From positions 10,559 through 74,558 of the forward strand of contig PLWX01000066.1 in the NCBI GenBank assembly GCA_003151155.1: 64,000 nt of DNA, in the 5' to 3' direction. The notes under the pieces are model-generated. The model did not search any database, was not told the DNA's origin, and saw only the letters and a program-made list of their open reading frames with translations. Each line of letters opens with the position of its first letter. Within the stretch, counting starts at the first letter, position 1. Positions 9,908 through 19,178 of the stretch are shown one piece after another. The DNA is from Acidobacteriaceae bacterium. GTDB lineage: Bacteria; Acidobacteriota; Terriglobia; Terriglobales; Acidobacteriaceae. Both the position numbers and the translations under genes were made by a program.

Positions 9908-10672
9908 TCAGGCATGACTACGCATTGTGCCGAATACTTTCACTAGTAGTTCCGTGTCATCCGAGATAATGCCGTCCACGCCCCACTTCCCCAGTCGTCG
10001 CATTTCGGATTCCCGGTTAACCGTCCATACGCATACCTGCTTCCCAGCGGCGTGCCATTGACGCACCAGCACCTCGGACACGAGCTTCACATTCGGAATC
10101 ACGACACTTACCGGAAGCTCTCGCCATTGCGGCAGCAGCTTGCGATCCTTGCATACAAATCCCAGCGGCAGCTCGAGGTCTAGTTCATGAAAACGCTGCA
10201 ACACCGGCGGCAAGAACGACGACACTACGAACTCCCGCCGCGGCCGCCGATCCCGGATCGCCGCAACAATCTCTTCCTCAAACCCAGCGATCTTGATTTC
10301 GATATCCAGATAAGCGCGATCGGCAAAGCGCGCCAACACATCTTCCAGGCATGGCATCTGCTCGTCCGGATCCCGGCGTTCACGACGCTCGTGCCGTGGT
10401 TTCGCGGCCTGCAAAGTTTCGTATATTGAGCTTGCGACACTTAGGCCCGCAAAGTCCGGATCATGACAGATCACCCCGCGCCGATCATGGGTGTATCGCA
10501 CATCGAATTCGAAGCCGTCGCAGCCCCGTTGGAGCGAGAGTTCAAACGCCGCCAGCGTATTGTCGGGTGGAAGGTTTTGCTGTTGCAGGGACTGAAGGAT
10601 GCTGCGCCGCGTATGGCGCTGCCCACGATGCCCAAGCAGCAGTGGACGTCCATGCCCAGCGGTGTCAGGCAT
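9908..10672 (-). CDS. Glycerophosphodiester phosphodiesterase family protein
   Basis: GHRG, DNTLAAF, EFDV, ICHD, DIEIK, WTVN, GVDGIISD. Confidence 0.9.
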   Translation of the reverse strand: MPDTAGHGRPLLLGHRGQRHTRRSILQSLQQQNLPPDNTLAAFELSLQRGCDGFEFDVRYTHDRRGVICHDPDFAGLSVASSIYETLQAAKPRHERRERRDPDEQMPCLEDVLARFADRAYLDIEIKIAGFEEEIVAAIRDRRPRREFVVSSFLPPVLQRFHELDLELPLGFVCKDRKLLPQWRELPVSVVIPNVKLVSEVLVRQWHAAGKQVCVWTVNRESEMRRLGKWGVDGIISDDTELLVKVFGTMRSHA

Positions 10673-10678
10673 AAATTG

Positions 10679-10987
10679 TTAGTCGAGATCGAAATCGCGC
10701 AGCGGTTTGCCGGTGTCGGGCGTCTCTTTTGCCTTCTTGACCGCTTCCTGGAACTTCTTCTCCAGCAGGCTCGCTGAATTTTTGTGCGCCTCTACCGATT
10801 GCTGGAAGATCGACTCCTTGCGGCCTTCCTGCTCTTTCATCGCCTTCGCCGCTTCGTTAAAGTCGGCGAACATCTTCGGCGCCGCCTTGGGCACGTGCGA
10901 GATGACCGCTTTTGTCTCAGGATCAACCTTCAGCACCGCCCCACAGCAGGGACAGGTAGTGTCAAAGATGGCAGCGTGTTTGGGCAT
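10679..10987 (-). CDS. Hypothetical protein with an N-terminal CPCC zinc-ribbon-like motif
   Basis: TCPCCGAVLKVD followed by a charged coiled coil. Confidence 0.75.
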   Translation of the reverse strand: MPKHAAIFDTTCPCCGAVLKVDPETKAVISHVPKAAPKMFADFNEAAKAMKEQEGRKESIFQQSVEAHKNSASLLEKKFQEAVKKAKETPDTGKPLRDFDLD

Positions 10988-11018
10988 GATTGGAATTTTA
11001 CTCCAGCCGGCGTCTGCT

Positions 11019-12617
11019 TCACACCCGAATTACCCGGTGCTCCGGACAGCTTCCCGCTGCTTCCACCAGCGTGTCGATCAATTCCACACCGTACTTGGAG
11101 ACGAAATAAGCTGCCCCGACCGTGCGCTCCTGCAACGACTTCTCCGGATAGAGCGCATTCACCAGTTGGTTCGCATGCTGCGAAAGAACGTGCGTCCGAT
11201 GCAACAACGCCCGCGCCGCGCGTCGATGCAATCGTCCCACCTGGTACCGCATTTTCGACGTCGCCCGCTCTGCCGCCTCCACCAGGGTCGGATCCAATTT
11301 CTCCACCGATTCCTTCACTCCCGCCATGGTGTGGGTCACGATCGCCAGCGCCGCCCGGAACTGCTCATCTAGCTCCGGCGACAATGTCTTCTGCGCCAGC
11401 TTTTCCGCCAACGCATCGGAGCCGTGATAAAGATCCGCAAGTTGCAGATCGTAGCGCTCCAGCAGCTTCTCGATCTTCGGCTCGATCAGCGTCGCACTGA
11501 AGCGCGGCAAGATCGGGGTCGCACGTCCCAGTAGTCGCTGATAGACGACAGACGCTTGCCCGAAGTACGCCACCTCCGCCGGCCCTCCGATGTACGCGAG
11601 CGTCGGCAGGAGCGTGTCTTGCATCACCGGACGCAGCAGCACGTTGGCGTTGAACTTCTCCGGCTCTTTCTCTATCTGTGCCAGCAATTCTTCCTGGGTT
11701 AGCTTTTCTTTGCCAATGCTGAAGTGGGAATTCTGCCGCTGGATCGCGACCCGCGCGCCGTCCTGGATGGCAAACAGCAGCACGCTTCCGGCGCTTACCT
11801 TCACCTGTTCGTGATATCCGTCATGTTCCAGCGCCTTGCCGCGCTCCTGTAAAGTACGCGCGATCTCCGCAGCTTCACCCACCACGCGACGAAATAACGG
11901 CGCCGTTGCACGATGAAGATCGGCGTCCGCCGGGTCGAGCAGCACGAGTCCATGCGCAGCGAAGAGTCGTGCAAACAGCTTGCCGAAGGCCCCAGCCATG
12001 GTCTCGCCCGGGCGATAACTCTCTCGCAGGATTTCCACGACAGCGGTCTCACCCAGCAGTTCCGCCGTTTCGTTTAGAAGGTGCTCGACCTGCGGCTCGA
12101 GGCGCATCTCCGACATCGGAGCGCCCGTCGTGCCATTCGCCTCCACCGTCAACCGCCGCAGCGAGAAGTCCTGCTGCGGAAGCTCGACATGATTCACCTC
12201 GGCAAAGTCATGATCTTCCGAAGCCATCCAGAACACGGGAATGGTATCGATACCCTGTTGCGATAAGTCGCGTGCCAGCCGCACGGCGTGGGCGCCCTTC
12301 AAAATCGCCAGCAGCGGTCCACCAAACAATCCCACCTGTTGTCCTGAAACTACCGTGAACGCTCCGCGACGCAGCCGCTCAATGTTCTGGACGGTAGCCT
12401 CTCCTGAGCCGAACCCGCGATTCTGCCGTTCCAGTGCAGTGGCAACGGTTTCACGCATGGAATTCGAATACGAAACGGAGGGAGCGAACGCAGCCAGCTT
12501 CTGGTTGAGATCGAGAGACGGATAAAACGTTCGCAGCTTTGGCGAATGCCCCAGGTAATCCGCGAATAGACGAGAGGTGTGCGGGACATCCTTCAGCGCG
12601 ATACAGTCAGAGACCAA
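11019..12617 (-). CDS. bshC: Bacillithiol biosynthesis cysteine-adding enzyme
   Basis: GQQVGLFGGPL, PVFWMASEDHDFAEVN, NVLLRPVMQD, YIGGPAEVAY, LQER; TTG start after GGGAG. Confidence 0.93.
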   Translation of the reverse strand: MVSDCIALKDVPHTSRLFADYLGHSPKLRTFYPSLDLNQKLAAFAPSVSYSNSMRETVATALERQNRGFGSGEATVQNIERLRRGAFTVVSGQQVGLFGGPLLAILKGAHAVRLARDLSQQGIDTIPVFWMASEDHDFAEVNHVELPQQDFSLRRLTVEANGTTGAPMSEMRLEPQVEHLLNETAELLGETAVVEILRESYRPGETMAGAFGKLFARLFAAHGLVLLDPADADLHRATAPLFRRVVGEAAEIARTLQERGKALEHDGYHEQVKVSAGSVLLFAIQDGARVAIQRQNSHFSIGKEKLTQEELLAQIEKEPEKFNANVLLRPVMQDTLLPTLAYIGGPAEVAYFGQASVVYQRLLGRATPILPRFSATLIEPKIEKLLERYDLQLADLYHGSDALAEKLAQKTLSPELDEQFRAALAIVTHTMAGVKESVEKLDPTLVEAAERATSKMRYQVGRLHRRAARALLHRTHVLSQHANQLVNALYPEKSLQERTVGAAYFVSKYGVELIDTLVEAAGSCPEHRVIRV

Positions 12618-12899
12618 GCCTGCACTCCCGAATCGTGAATAGAACTTTGCCGAACCAGTTTGGATGAGCGCCCGACCCATTGGTCGCAAAACTTGGCCGG
12701 TTCGTCGCCCAAGTCTACATGGAGCGCGCGCTTCGCACCGCAGGCACCACTCCCGTCATCTGTCACTGCAAGCCCAGAGCAAGTCCGCCGAGGCCCAATC
12801 CGAACTAGAGAACGAACAGGCCGTCCGCGCCACTCAAAGTGTCTCCACCCGGTAATCGCCCGGTCGGAATCCCGCAGCCCTCTCGTAACATCTAAGCAA

Positions 12900-12927
12900 T
12901 TGACGAAACCTCCGCGGATGCTAAGCT
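12900..12927 (+). promoter_or_regulatory. Candidate ssrA promoter
   Basis: TTGACG-N16-TAAGCT with an extended -10 TG. Confidence 0.4.
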
Positions 12928-12975
12928 GGAGGTAGCTCTTTGACAATCGGTCACTGTCCGGTTGCAAAACCAAGT

Positions 12976-13344
12976 GGGGGCGTCACGGCTTCGACGGAAG
13001 TGTTTGCGGCCAAGAGGCATGTCGGGGTGCATGCACCCGTAATCGTGTGCAAAAACAATATCTGCCAACACGCAGATGGCTTACGCAGCTTAATTAATTA
13101 AGTTGCCGTCCCCTCCAGCTTCGCCTACGGGCCGGAGTCAGGGCGTCGCACAGTAGGCTGGGTCGAACGCTACGTCTGGGCGTGCGATTAAGACATTCAG
13201 GCTAGTCGATTGGGTTTCTTGTCCGTTCCAAGCCCGAAAGATGAAGGTGCCGGTTTATCCCGGCGCACTTGAACAGGAATAAACATGTAGTCTCTTGACT
13301 GACTTCGCTTGCGGACGCGGGTTCAACTCCCGCCGCCTCCACCA
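12976..13344 (+). ncRNA. ssrA: tmRNA, tag peptide (A)ANTQMAYAA* at 13064-13093
   Basis: 5' GGGGGCG...TTCGAC; 3' GACGCGGGTTCAACTCCCGCCGCCTCCACCA (T-loop, acceptor stem, CCA); internal tag ORF ending YAA-TAA. Confidence 0.97.
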
Positions 13345-13482
13345 ATTCCTTTCTCCTACTTGCCAATATCTGAACTTCAGGCTCGCCTACTTGCGGCCCA
13401 TTCCGTGCTGCGCGCTATCCAAGCAACCACCCTTCGAATCGCATTCTGTCCCGATGAATTGCGCTATTCGTCCCTCTTCCCC

Positions 13483-13528
13483 TTGACAGCTTAGGAGAGC
13501 GGAGATACTCTCCTTAGCATCTTAGGAG
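13483..13528 (+). promoter_or_regulatory. Promoter and probable PadR operator(s)
   Basis: TTGACA-N17-TACTCT; imperfect palindrome CTCCTTAG-cat-CTTAGGAG at 13510-13528; a second CTTAGGAG half-site next to the -35. Confidence 0.65.
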
Positions 13529-13533
13529 GGCCA

Positions 13534-13875
13534 GTGACTGACCAGGCTCAACTTCTTCCCGGAACCCTCGATCTCCTCATTCTGCGAGCGGTTTCGCTCG
13601 GCCCTCTCCATGGCTACGGAATCCTCCTCCGTATTGGCCAGATCTCCGGCAATGCATTGCTGATTGAACAAGGCGCGCTTTATCCCGGTCTCTTTCGTCT
13701 CGTGCGCCAGGGACTGCTCAAGTCGAACTGGGGCACATCGGAAAACAATCGCCGCGCCAAGTTTTACGAGCTCACCACCGCAGGGCGAAAACGTTTGCGC
13801 GAGGAGACGGACAACTGGAACCGTCTCGTGGCCGCCATCGGCTCCGCGCTCTCCGAGCAACCGGAGGAAGCATGA
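13534..13875 (+). CDS. Acidobacterial PadR-family regulator
   Basis: LLPGTLDLLIL, HGYGI, QGALYPGL, WGTSENNRRAKFY. Confidence 0.95.
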   Translation: MTDQAQLLPGTLDLLILRAVSLGPLHGYGILLRIGQISGNALLIEQGALYPGLFRLVRQGLLKSNWGTSENNRRAKFYELTTAGRKRLREETDNWNRLVAAIGSALSEQPEEA

Positions 13876-16535
13876 AACTCCTCGACGCACTCCGCTTCCG
13901 CATCGCCACGCTCTTCCATCGTTCCCAACTCAACGCTGAGATGGAAGAAGAGCTGCGCTCCCACATCCAGCACCGCGCGGACGATCTCGAACGTTCCGGC
14001 ATCCCGCGTGCCGAAGCCGAACGCCGCGCGCGCATCGAGTTCGGTGGACACGAGCGCTTTCGCGAGGAGTGCCATGAAGCCGCCGGTGGGAATCTTATCG
14101 AGACTATGGTCGACGACGCTCGCTACAGCCTGCGCGTTTTGTGGAAGTCTCCCGGGTTCACCACGGCCGCTGTACTGACCCTCGCCCTCGGCATCGGCGC
14201 CAACGCCGTCGTCTTCGCCGTGCTGAATTCCCTCATCCTTCGCCCGCTTGACGTTCCCCAGACCGAGAGTCTGTTCATGGTCAAGCACGGCAACGACATT
14301 GGCGGCGGCGAGTCGTACCCCGACTATCTCGATCTTCGCGATCGCAACCGCACCCTAGATGGCCTCGCCGCCTATAGCATCACAGTCGCAGGCTTCGACA
14401 CCGGACAAAATCCGTCGCGCACCTGGCTCTACGAAGCTACCGGAAATTACTTCGATTCCCTCCGCGTGCAGCCTTACCTCGGCCGCTTCTTCCACGAATC
14501 CGACGAGCGTGGACCGAACAGCGCTCCCTATGTGGTTCTCTCCTACACCTACTGGCACGATCACTTTCAGGACGATCGAAACGTCCTCGGTCGCGTGGTG
14601 CAAGTGGATAAGCATCCGTTCACGATTATTGGCGTAGCACCCCCAGGGTTCCACGGCACCCTGTTGTTCGGCTATCCCGACTTCTGGATACCGATGGTGA
14701 ACCAGGAACAGGTCGATGGATCCAGTTGGTTGGACGCTCGCGGCTCTCACAACGTCTTCATGACGTTGGGTCATCTCAAACCGGGCGTCACCCACGCCCA
14801 GGCAGTCGCCGACCTCAACGGCATCGGAGCGTATCTCGACAAGAGCTATCCGAAGGAGCATGGCAAGACGACGTACGAGTTGGCGCGGCCGGAGCTTTAT
14901 GGCGACTACATGGGGCGTCCCGTGAAGGCGTTTCTCACGGCGCTCATGATTCTCGCGGGATTGATCCTGCTCGCGGCATGCGCCAACCTCGGCAGCCTCT
15001 TCGCCGCGCGTGCGATGGACCGTTCGCGTGAAGTCGCATTGCGGCTCGCGTTGGGTTCGAGCCGCCGAAGAATCCTGCGCCAGCTGTTCACCGAAGCGCT
15101 GCTGATCTCGATCGCGGGCGGGGCTATCGGACTGCTCGGCAGTCTCGTGCTCTTGCGCTGGCTTGCTTCCTGGCAGCCGGTGCCGCGCTATCCTCTGCAT
15201 GTTCCGGTCTTTCTCGACGCGAAGGTCTACCTTGTGGCGCTCTTGCTCGCGGTCGTGAGCGGATTTCTCTTCGGCATCGTCCCGGTTCGTCAAGTGCTTC
15301 GCACCGATCCGTACCAGATCGTCAAGGGCGGGCAAGACAGTGGGAAGGGCAAGCGCCTCACCTTGCGCGACGTTTTGCTGGTAGTGCAGATCGCCATCTG
15401 CGCCGTGCTGGTTACCTCGTCCATGGTCGCGGTGCGCGGACTGGTGCGCTCGCTGCATGGTGACTTCGGTTTCAATCCGCAGAATGCGATGCTGGTAGGG
15501 ACCGTGCTCGACATGGCGGGTTACCGTGGTGAGGCTGTGCCCGTCATGCAGAAGCGCATGATCGCTGCCTTCGAAGCCATTCCCGGAGTTACATCGGTCG
15601 GCTTGATTGACTGGCCGCCTCTCGCCAATGGCGACGTAAAACGCTCAGTTATCTTTACCGACGAGACCACCGACTTGCGCCGCGCCAATGCCGTGGCGAC
15701 GCCCGTCACCTTCAGCATCTCGCCGGATTACTTCCAGGCTTCAGGCACTTCGTTGTTAGAAGGCCGTAGCTTCTCATGGCATGACGATGCCAAGGCGCCG
15801 CGCGTTGCCGTGGTCAACCGCGAATTCGCCAAGAAGCTCTTCGGTCCCTCCGCTAACGCGGTGGGCCGCTACTTCAAGCAGACCGACGCTACGCGCACCG
15901 AGATCCTGGGTATCGTCGAAGACGGGAAGTACCACAGCCTCACCGAAGATACTGAGCCGGCGATCTTCCTCCCCTTCGTGCAGGCGACTGAAGTGATCTC
16001 CGATACATCCCTGGTGCTCCGCTCCAATCGTGATCCACACCAGATCGCAGTCGCGGTCCAAAGCACCATGCGCGACCTTGACCCAGGTCTTCCCTACGAC
16101 ATGCAGACCTGGACCCAGGAATTGGACCTCGCGCTGTTCGGTCCGCGCGTAGCTACGATTTCGCTCGGCGTTCTCGGTGTGATGGGCGCGATCTTGTCGA
16201 TCACCGGGATCTTCGGCATGGCGGCATATTCCGTCAGCCGGCGTCTCCGCGAGTTGGGCATCCGCATCGCTCTCGGTGCGCAACGCCGCGAAGTGCTTCA
16301 GGCCGCGTTAGGCCGTGCGCTGAAACTCCTCGCCTACGGTTCCATCGTTGGCCTGCTGCTTGGGCTACTCGCCACTCGCGTGCTGGCATTTATCGTTTAC
16401 CAGGCATCGCCGCGTGATCCTGTCGTACTGGCAGGAGTGGTTTTGTCGATGGCATTACTCGGACTGCTCGCAACCTGGATCCCGGCGCAACGCGCCCTGT
16501 CCGTCGATCCATTGCGTTTGCTGCGCGAGGAGTGA
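13872..16535 (+). CDS. Acidobacterial duplicated orphan permease (ADOP; MacB/FtsX type)
   Basis: EMEEELRSH prefix domain, LTLALGIGAN, two FtsX repeats (REVALRLALG, RELGIRIALGA); overlaps padR; no ATPase gene nearby. Confidence 0.93.
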   Translation: MKLLDALRFRIATLFHRSQLNAEMEEELRSHIQHRADDLERSGIPRAEAERRARIEFGGHERFREECHEAAGGNLIETMVDDARYSLRVLWKSPGFTTAAVLTLALGIGANAVVFAVLNSLILRPLDVPQTESLFMVKHGNDIGGGESYPDYLDLRDRNRTLDGLAAYSITVAGFDTGQNPSRTWLYEATGNYFDSLRVQPYLGRFFHESDERGPNSAPYVVLSYTYWHDHFQDDRNVLGRVVQVDKHPFTIIGVAPPGFHGTLLFGYPDFWIPMVNQEQVDGSSWLDARGSHNVFMTLGHLKPGVTHAQAVADLNGIGAYLDKSYPKEHGKTTYELARPELYGDYMGRPVKAFLTALMILAGLILLAACANLGSLFAARAMDRSREVALRLALGSSRRRILRQLFTEALLISIAGGAIGLLGSLVLLRWLASWQPVPRYPLHVPVFLDAKVYLVALLLAVVSGFLFGIVPVRQVLRTDPYQIVKGGQDSGKGKRLTLRDVLLVVQIAICAVLVTSSMVAVRGLVRSLHGDFGFNPQNAMLVGTVLDMAGYRGEAVPVMQKRMIAAFEAIPGVTSVGLIDWPPLANGDVKRSVIFTDETTDLRRANAVATPVTFSISPDYFQASGTSLLEGRSFSWHDDAKAPRVAVVNREFAKKLFGPSANAVGRYFKQTDATRTEILGIVEDGKYHSLTEDTEPAIFLPFVQATEVISDTSLVLRSNRDPHQIAVAVQSTMRDLDPGLPYDMQTWTQELDLALFGPRVATISLGVLGVMGAILSITGIFGMAAYSVSRRLRELGIRIALGAQRREVLQAALGRALKLLAYGSIVGLLLGLLATRVLAFIVYQASPRDPVVLAGVVLSMALLGLLATWIPAQRALSVDPLRLLREE

Positions 16536-16674
16536 CGGGATGCGTTCGTGAATATGATTGATCAGTCTCGTGATCGGCGGTATCCATGATCGTAGTCTGC
16601 ACTGCTTACGGTTTGAAAGCGTGGAAAGGATCGTCTTCGGGGACCTACAGAGTTTCGGGATATGCCGAGAGTGA

Positions 16675-16899
16675 ACAGGGGCTAAAGCCCGACTGTCAGG
16701 GAGCCGTTTCGGCACGGCTGAAGCCGTGCCCTGATACGAACCGTGGTTCCGAAAGCGTGGTTATGGCGACAGAGCAGGGGCTGAAGCTTGACGAATAGAG
16801 GAAGGCGTTTCGGCACGGCTGAAGCCGTGCCCTGATACAAAGCGCCGTGCGATCCCGAAATGAAAGTTCTTCAGCAACCTGTGAAGCCGTGCCCTTTCG
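16675..16899. repeat. Cluster of REP-like palindromes
   Basis: Identical 33-bp CGTTTCGGCACGGCTGAAGCCGTGCCCTGATAC at 16705-16737 and 16806-16838; a partial third copy near 16883; each full copy preceded by CAGGGGCT(A/G)AAGC. Confidence 0.9.
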
Positions 16900-16959
16900 A
16901 CAGGAAAGCGGGGCGAGAATCTCGAACCCTGGTGAAATTCGGCGACCAGCGCCTTCGCC

Positions 16960-16997
16960 TGCCCACCCTGTGGCTGAAGCCACAAGGGTGGGGCACC
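16960..16997. repeat. Second REP-like hairpin, possible terminator between convergent genes
   Basis: TGCCCACCCTGTGGCT-GA-AGCCACAAGGGTGGGGCAC. Confidence 0.7.
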
Positions 16998-17018
16998 CAC
17001 AGTCTTGTCGCTACTTCG

Positions 17019-18974
17019 TTACAAATCCACCTGCGTCCCAATCTCGATCACCTGCTCCGGCGGGAGGCAAAACGTGCGCTCCACCTCTACCGCATTCCGC
17101 TGCAGATACGAAAAGATCTTCTCGGCGGTTTTTCCCATCCGGTTCGACTTCCCTTCCGTCAGCGTCTCGTGCCCGATGTAATAGGTGAGGTCATTCACAT
17201 TCACGGGCAGCGCTCCACTCTCGGCGGCACTTGTCAATGCCTCGACGACCTTCGGGTGCTCCATGTAGCCGAAGTGCAGCACCACCCGCCAGAAGCCGTC
17301 ACCTAAATCTTTGATTTGATAGCGCTCGCCCACTGCGACCTCGGATTCGATATCGGTAATCACCGTCAAGAGAATCACGTGCTCACTGAGCGACCGGCAG
17401 CGCTGCACAAAATGCATCAGGATCGGCGGAACATGATCGGCACTCGGCGCAATGAACACCGCCGTTCCCGGCACTCGCGTCGCTAAACAGTCCTTAATGC
17501 TCTCGCGCACGGCTTCGAACGAGGGATACCGCGTAGCATATTTCTCTTCGAGAAAGGTTCGACCGCGGTTCCAGATCAGCATTGCTGCAATCAGAGCCGC
17601 CCCGATCATCACCGGCACGTAGCCGCCTTTCATGAATTTGAAAAGATTCGCCACCAGGAAGGGAATGTCGAACGACAAGAAGAAGATCAGCAGACCCACG
17701 GCCTTCCACGCCGCCCAATTCCACCGGTAACGGGCGACGATGTAGAAAAGGATTGACGTAATCGCCATTGTGCCGGTCACGGCAATGCCATACGCCGCCG
17801 CCAGCTTGATCGATTCACGGAAGGTCAGCACCAGAGCCAGACATCCAATGGCCAGCAACGCATTCACTTCCGGAATGTAGATCTGTCCTTCGGTGCTCTC
17901 CGAGGTGTGGTGCACCGTCACCGTTGGAAAGTAGCCCAGTACCATCGCCTGTCGAGTCAAAGAAAACGCACCCGAGATTAACGCCTGCGATGCGATTACC
18001 GTAGCTGCACTCGAAAGCAGCACCAGGGCAATCGTGGCCGGCCCCTTCGGCACCTGCGCGAAAAATGGATTCTCCATGGCCTGCGGGTGCGTCAGCACCA
18101 GCGCTCCCTGTCCCATATAGCCCAGCAGTAATGCGGGAAACACCAACCACAACCATGCCCGTCGAATGGGAGCAATTCCGAAATGGCCCAGGTCCGCGTA
18201 CAGCGCTTCCCCTCCAGTCACCACCAGTACCACTGATCCCAAAATCAAAAATCCGTGCAGGCCGTGATGTGTGAAGAACCGCACCCCCCACAACGGCGAG
18301 AATGCCTGGAGCACCTGCGAATCTTCCAGGATGTGCCGTACACCGAGCGCGGCGAGCGTACCAAACCACAGCAGCATCACCGGCCCGAACATCTGGCCCA
18401 CTTTCCCCGTTCCTCTTCGCTGGATAAGAAATAGTCCAATCAGGATCAAGCATGTCAGCGGCACGACCCACGGCCGGAACGATTCATTTGCGATCGTCAA
18501 TCCCTCCACTGCACTCAGCACAGAAATCGCCGGAGTGATCACGCCATCGCCATACAGCAGCGCGGCTCCAATGACTCCCAGCAGCGCTATTCCTGTCACC
18601 CGCCCACGATTCTTCGCGTTACAGCGGAACCGGTCCGGAACCAGAGCGAGCAACGCGAAGATGCCTCCTTCCCCATTGTGGTCGGCTCGCATGATGAAGG
18701 TCAGGTACTTCACCGTGACGACCAGGATCAGCGCCCAAGCCATCAGCGAGAGGATCCCCAACACATCTTCGGGACGCACATGTCCGGTCACGCTGCCCAC
18801 ACTCCGCAGGCACTCGCGCAGCGTGTAAAGCGGGCTGGTGCCGATGTCTCCAAACACCACGCCCAGCGCCCCCAGCGTGAGCGCGATCCTTCCACCGTGC
18901 GCGGCTATGTGTTCACCCGGACGATCGGAGTGCGTCGCCGTGCCGGGGATTCGCCCTACAACCTGATCGCTCAT
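17019..18974 (-). CDS. kup: KUP/HAK/KT potassium transporter
   Basis: GVVFGDIGTSPLY, GEGGIFAL, GDGVITPAISVLSAVEG, EALYADLGHF, GQIYIP. Confidence 0.96.
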   Translation of the reverse strand: MSDQVVGRIPGTATHSDRPGEHIAAHGGRIALTLGALGVVFGDIGTSPLYTLRECLRSVGSVTGHVRPEDVLGILSLMAWALILVVTVKYLTFIMRADHNGEGGIFALLALVPDRFRCNAKNRGRVTGIALLGVIGAALLYGDGVITPAISVLSAVEGLTIANESFRPWVVPLTCLILIGLFLIQRRGTGKVGQMFGPVMLLWFGTLAALGVRHILEDSQVLQAFSPLWGVRFFTHHGLHGFLILGSVVLVVTGGEALYADLGHFGIAPIRRAWLWLVFPALLLGYMGQGALVLTHPQAMENPFFAQVPKGPATIALVLLSSAATVIASQALISGAFSLTRQAMVLGYFPTVTVHHTSESTEGQIYIPEVNALLAIGCLALVLTFRESIKLAAAYGIAVTGTMAITSILFYIVARYRWNWAAWKAVGLLIFFLSFDIPFLVANLFKFMKGGYVPVMIGAALIAAMLIWNRGRTFLEEKYATRYPSFEAVRESIKDCLATRVPGTAVFIAPSADHVPPILMHFVQRCRSLSEHVILLTVITDIESEVAVGERYQIKDLGDGFWRVVLHFGYMEHPKVVEALTSAAESGALPVNVNDLTYYIGHETLTEGKSNRMGKTAEKIFSYLQRNAVEVERTFCLPPEQVIEIGTQVDL

Positions 18975-19178
18975 GAGAGCAGCCCGGAGCACCAACCCGC
19001 GCTCATGACTAGCTTATGCATAATTCCTGCCTTGAGAGAAAACTCGCACTCACGAATGAGATGCGATCCACATGCTTTGAGGAATACATTGGACTGAAAG
19101 CACAACAGGCAGCCACACGAAGGTGCGGTAGATGACTTCTTTGAAAGAGGCGAGATTGCAATAAAGGGCTGCGAAGAG

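Noticed and set aside
11272-11284. 13-bp match GCCGCCTCCACCA to the tmRNA 3' end as an att site
   Set aside because: It is upstream of ssrA and inside intact bshC coding sequence; plausible by chance at this GC content
14355-15458. Long antisense ORFs (also 59047-60327, 33826-34677, 39758-40534)
   Set aside because: Shadow frames opposite well-supported GC-biased genes, with no recognisable motifs
16705-16838. Two identical 33-bp repeats as a CRISPR array
   Set aside because: Only two full copies, a 68-bp spacer that itself contains a repeated hairpin, and no cas genes; REP-like instead
18975-19178. c-di-AMP riboswitch upstream of kup
   Set aside because: No GCTGAA...GGAAC...CAGCTAAC core recognisable on the minus strand
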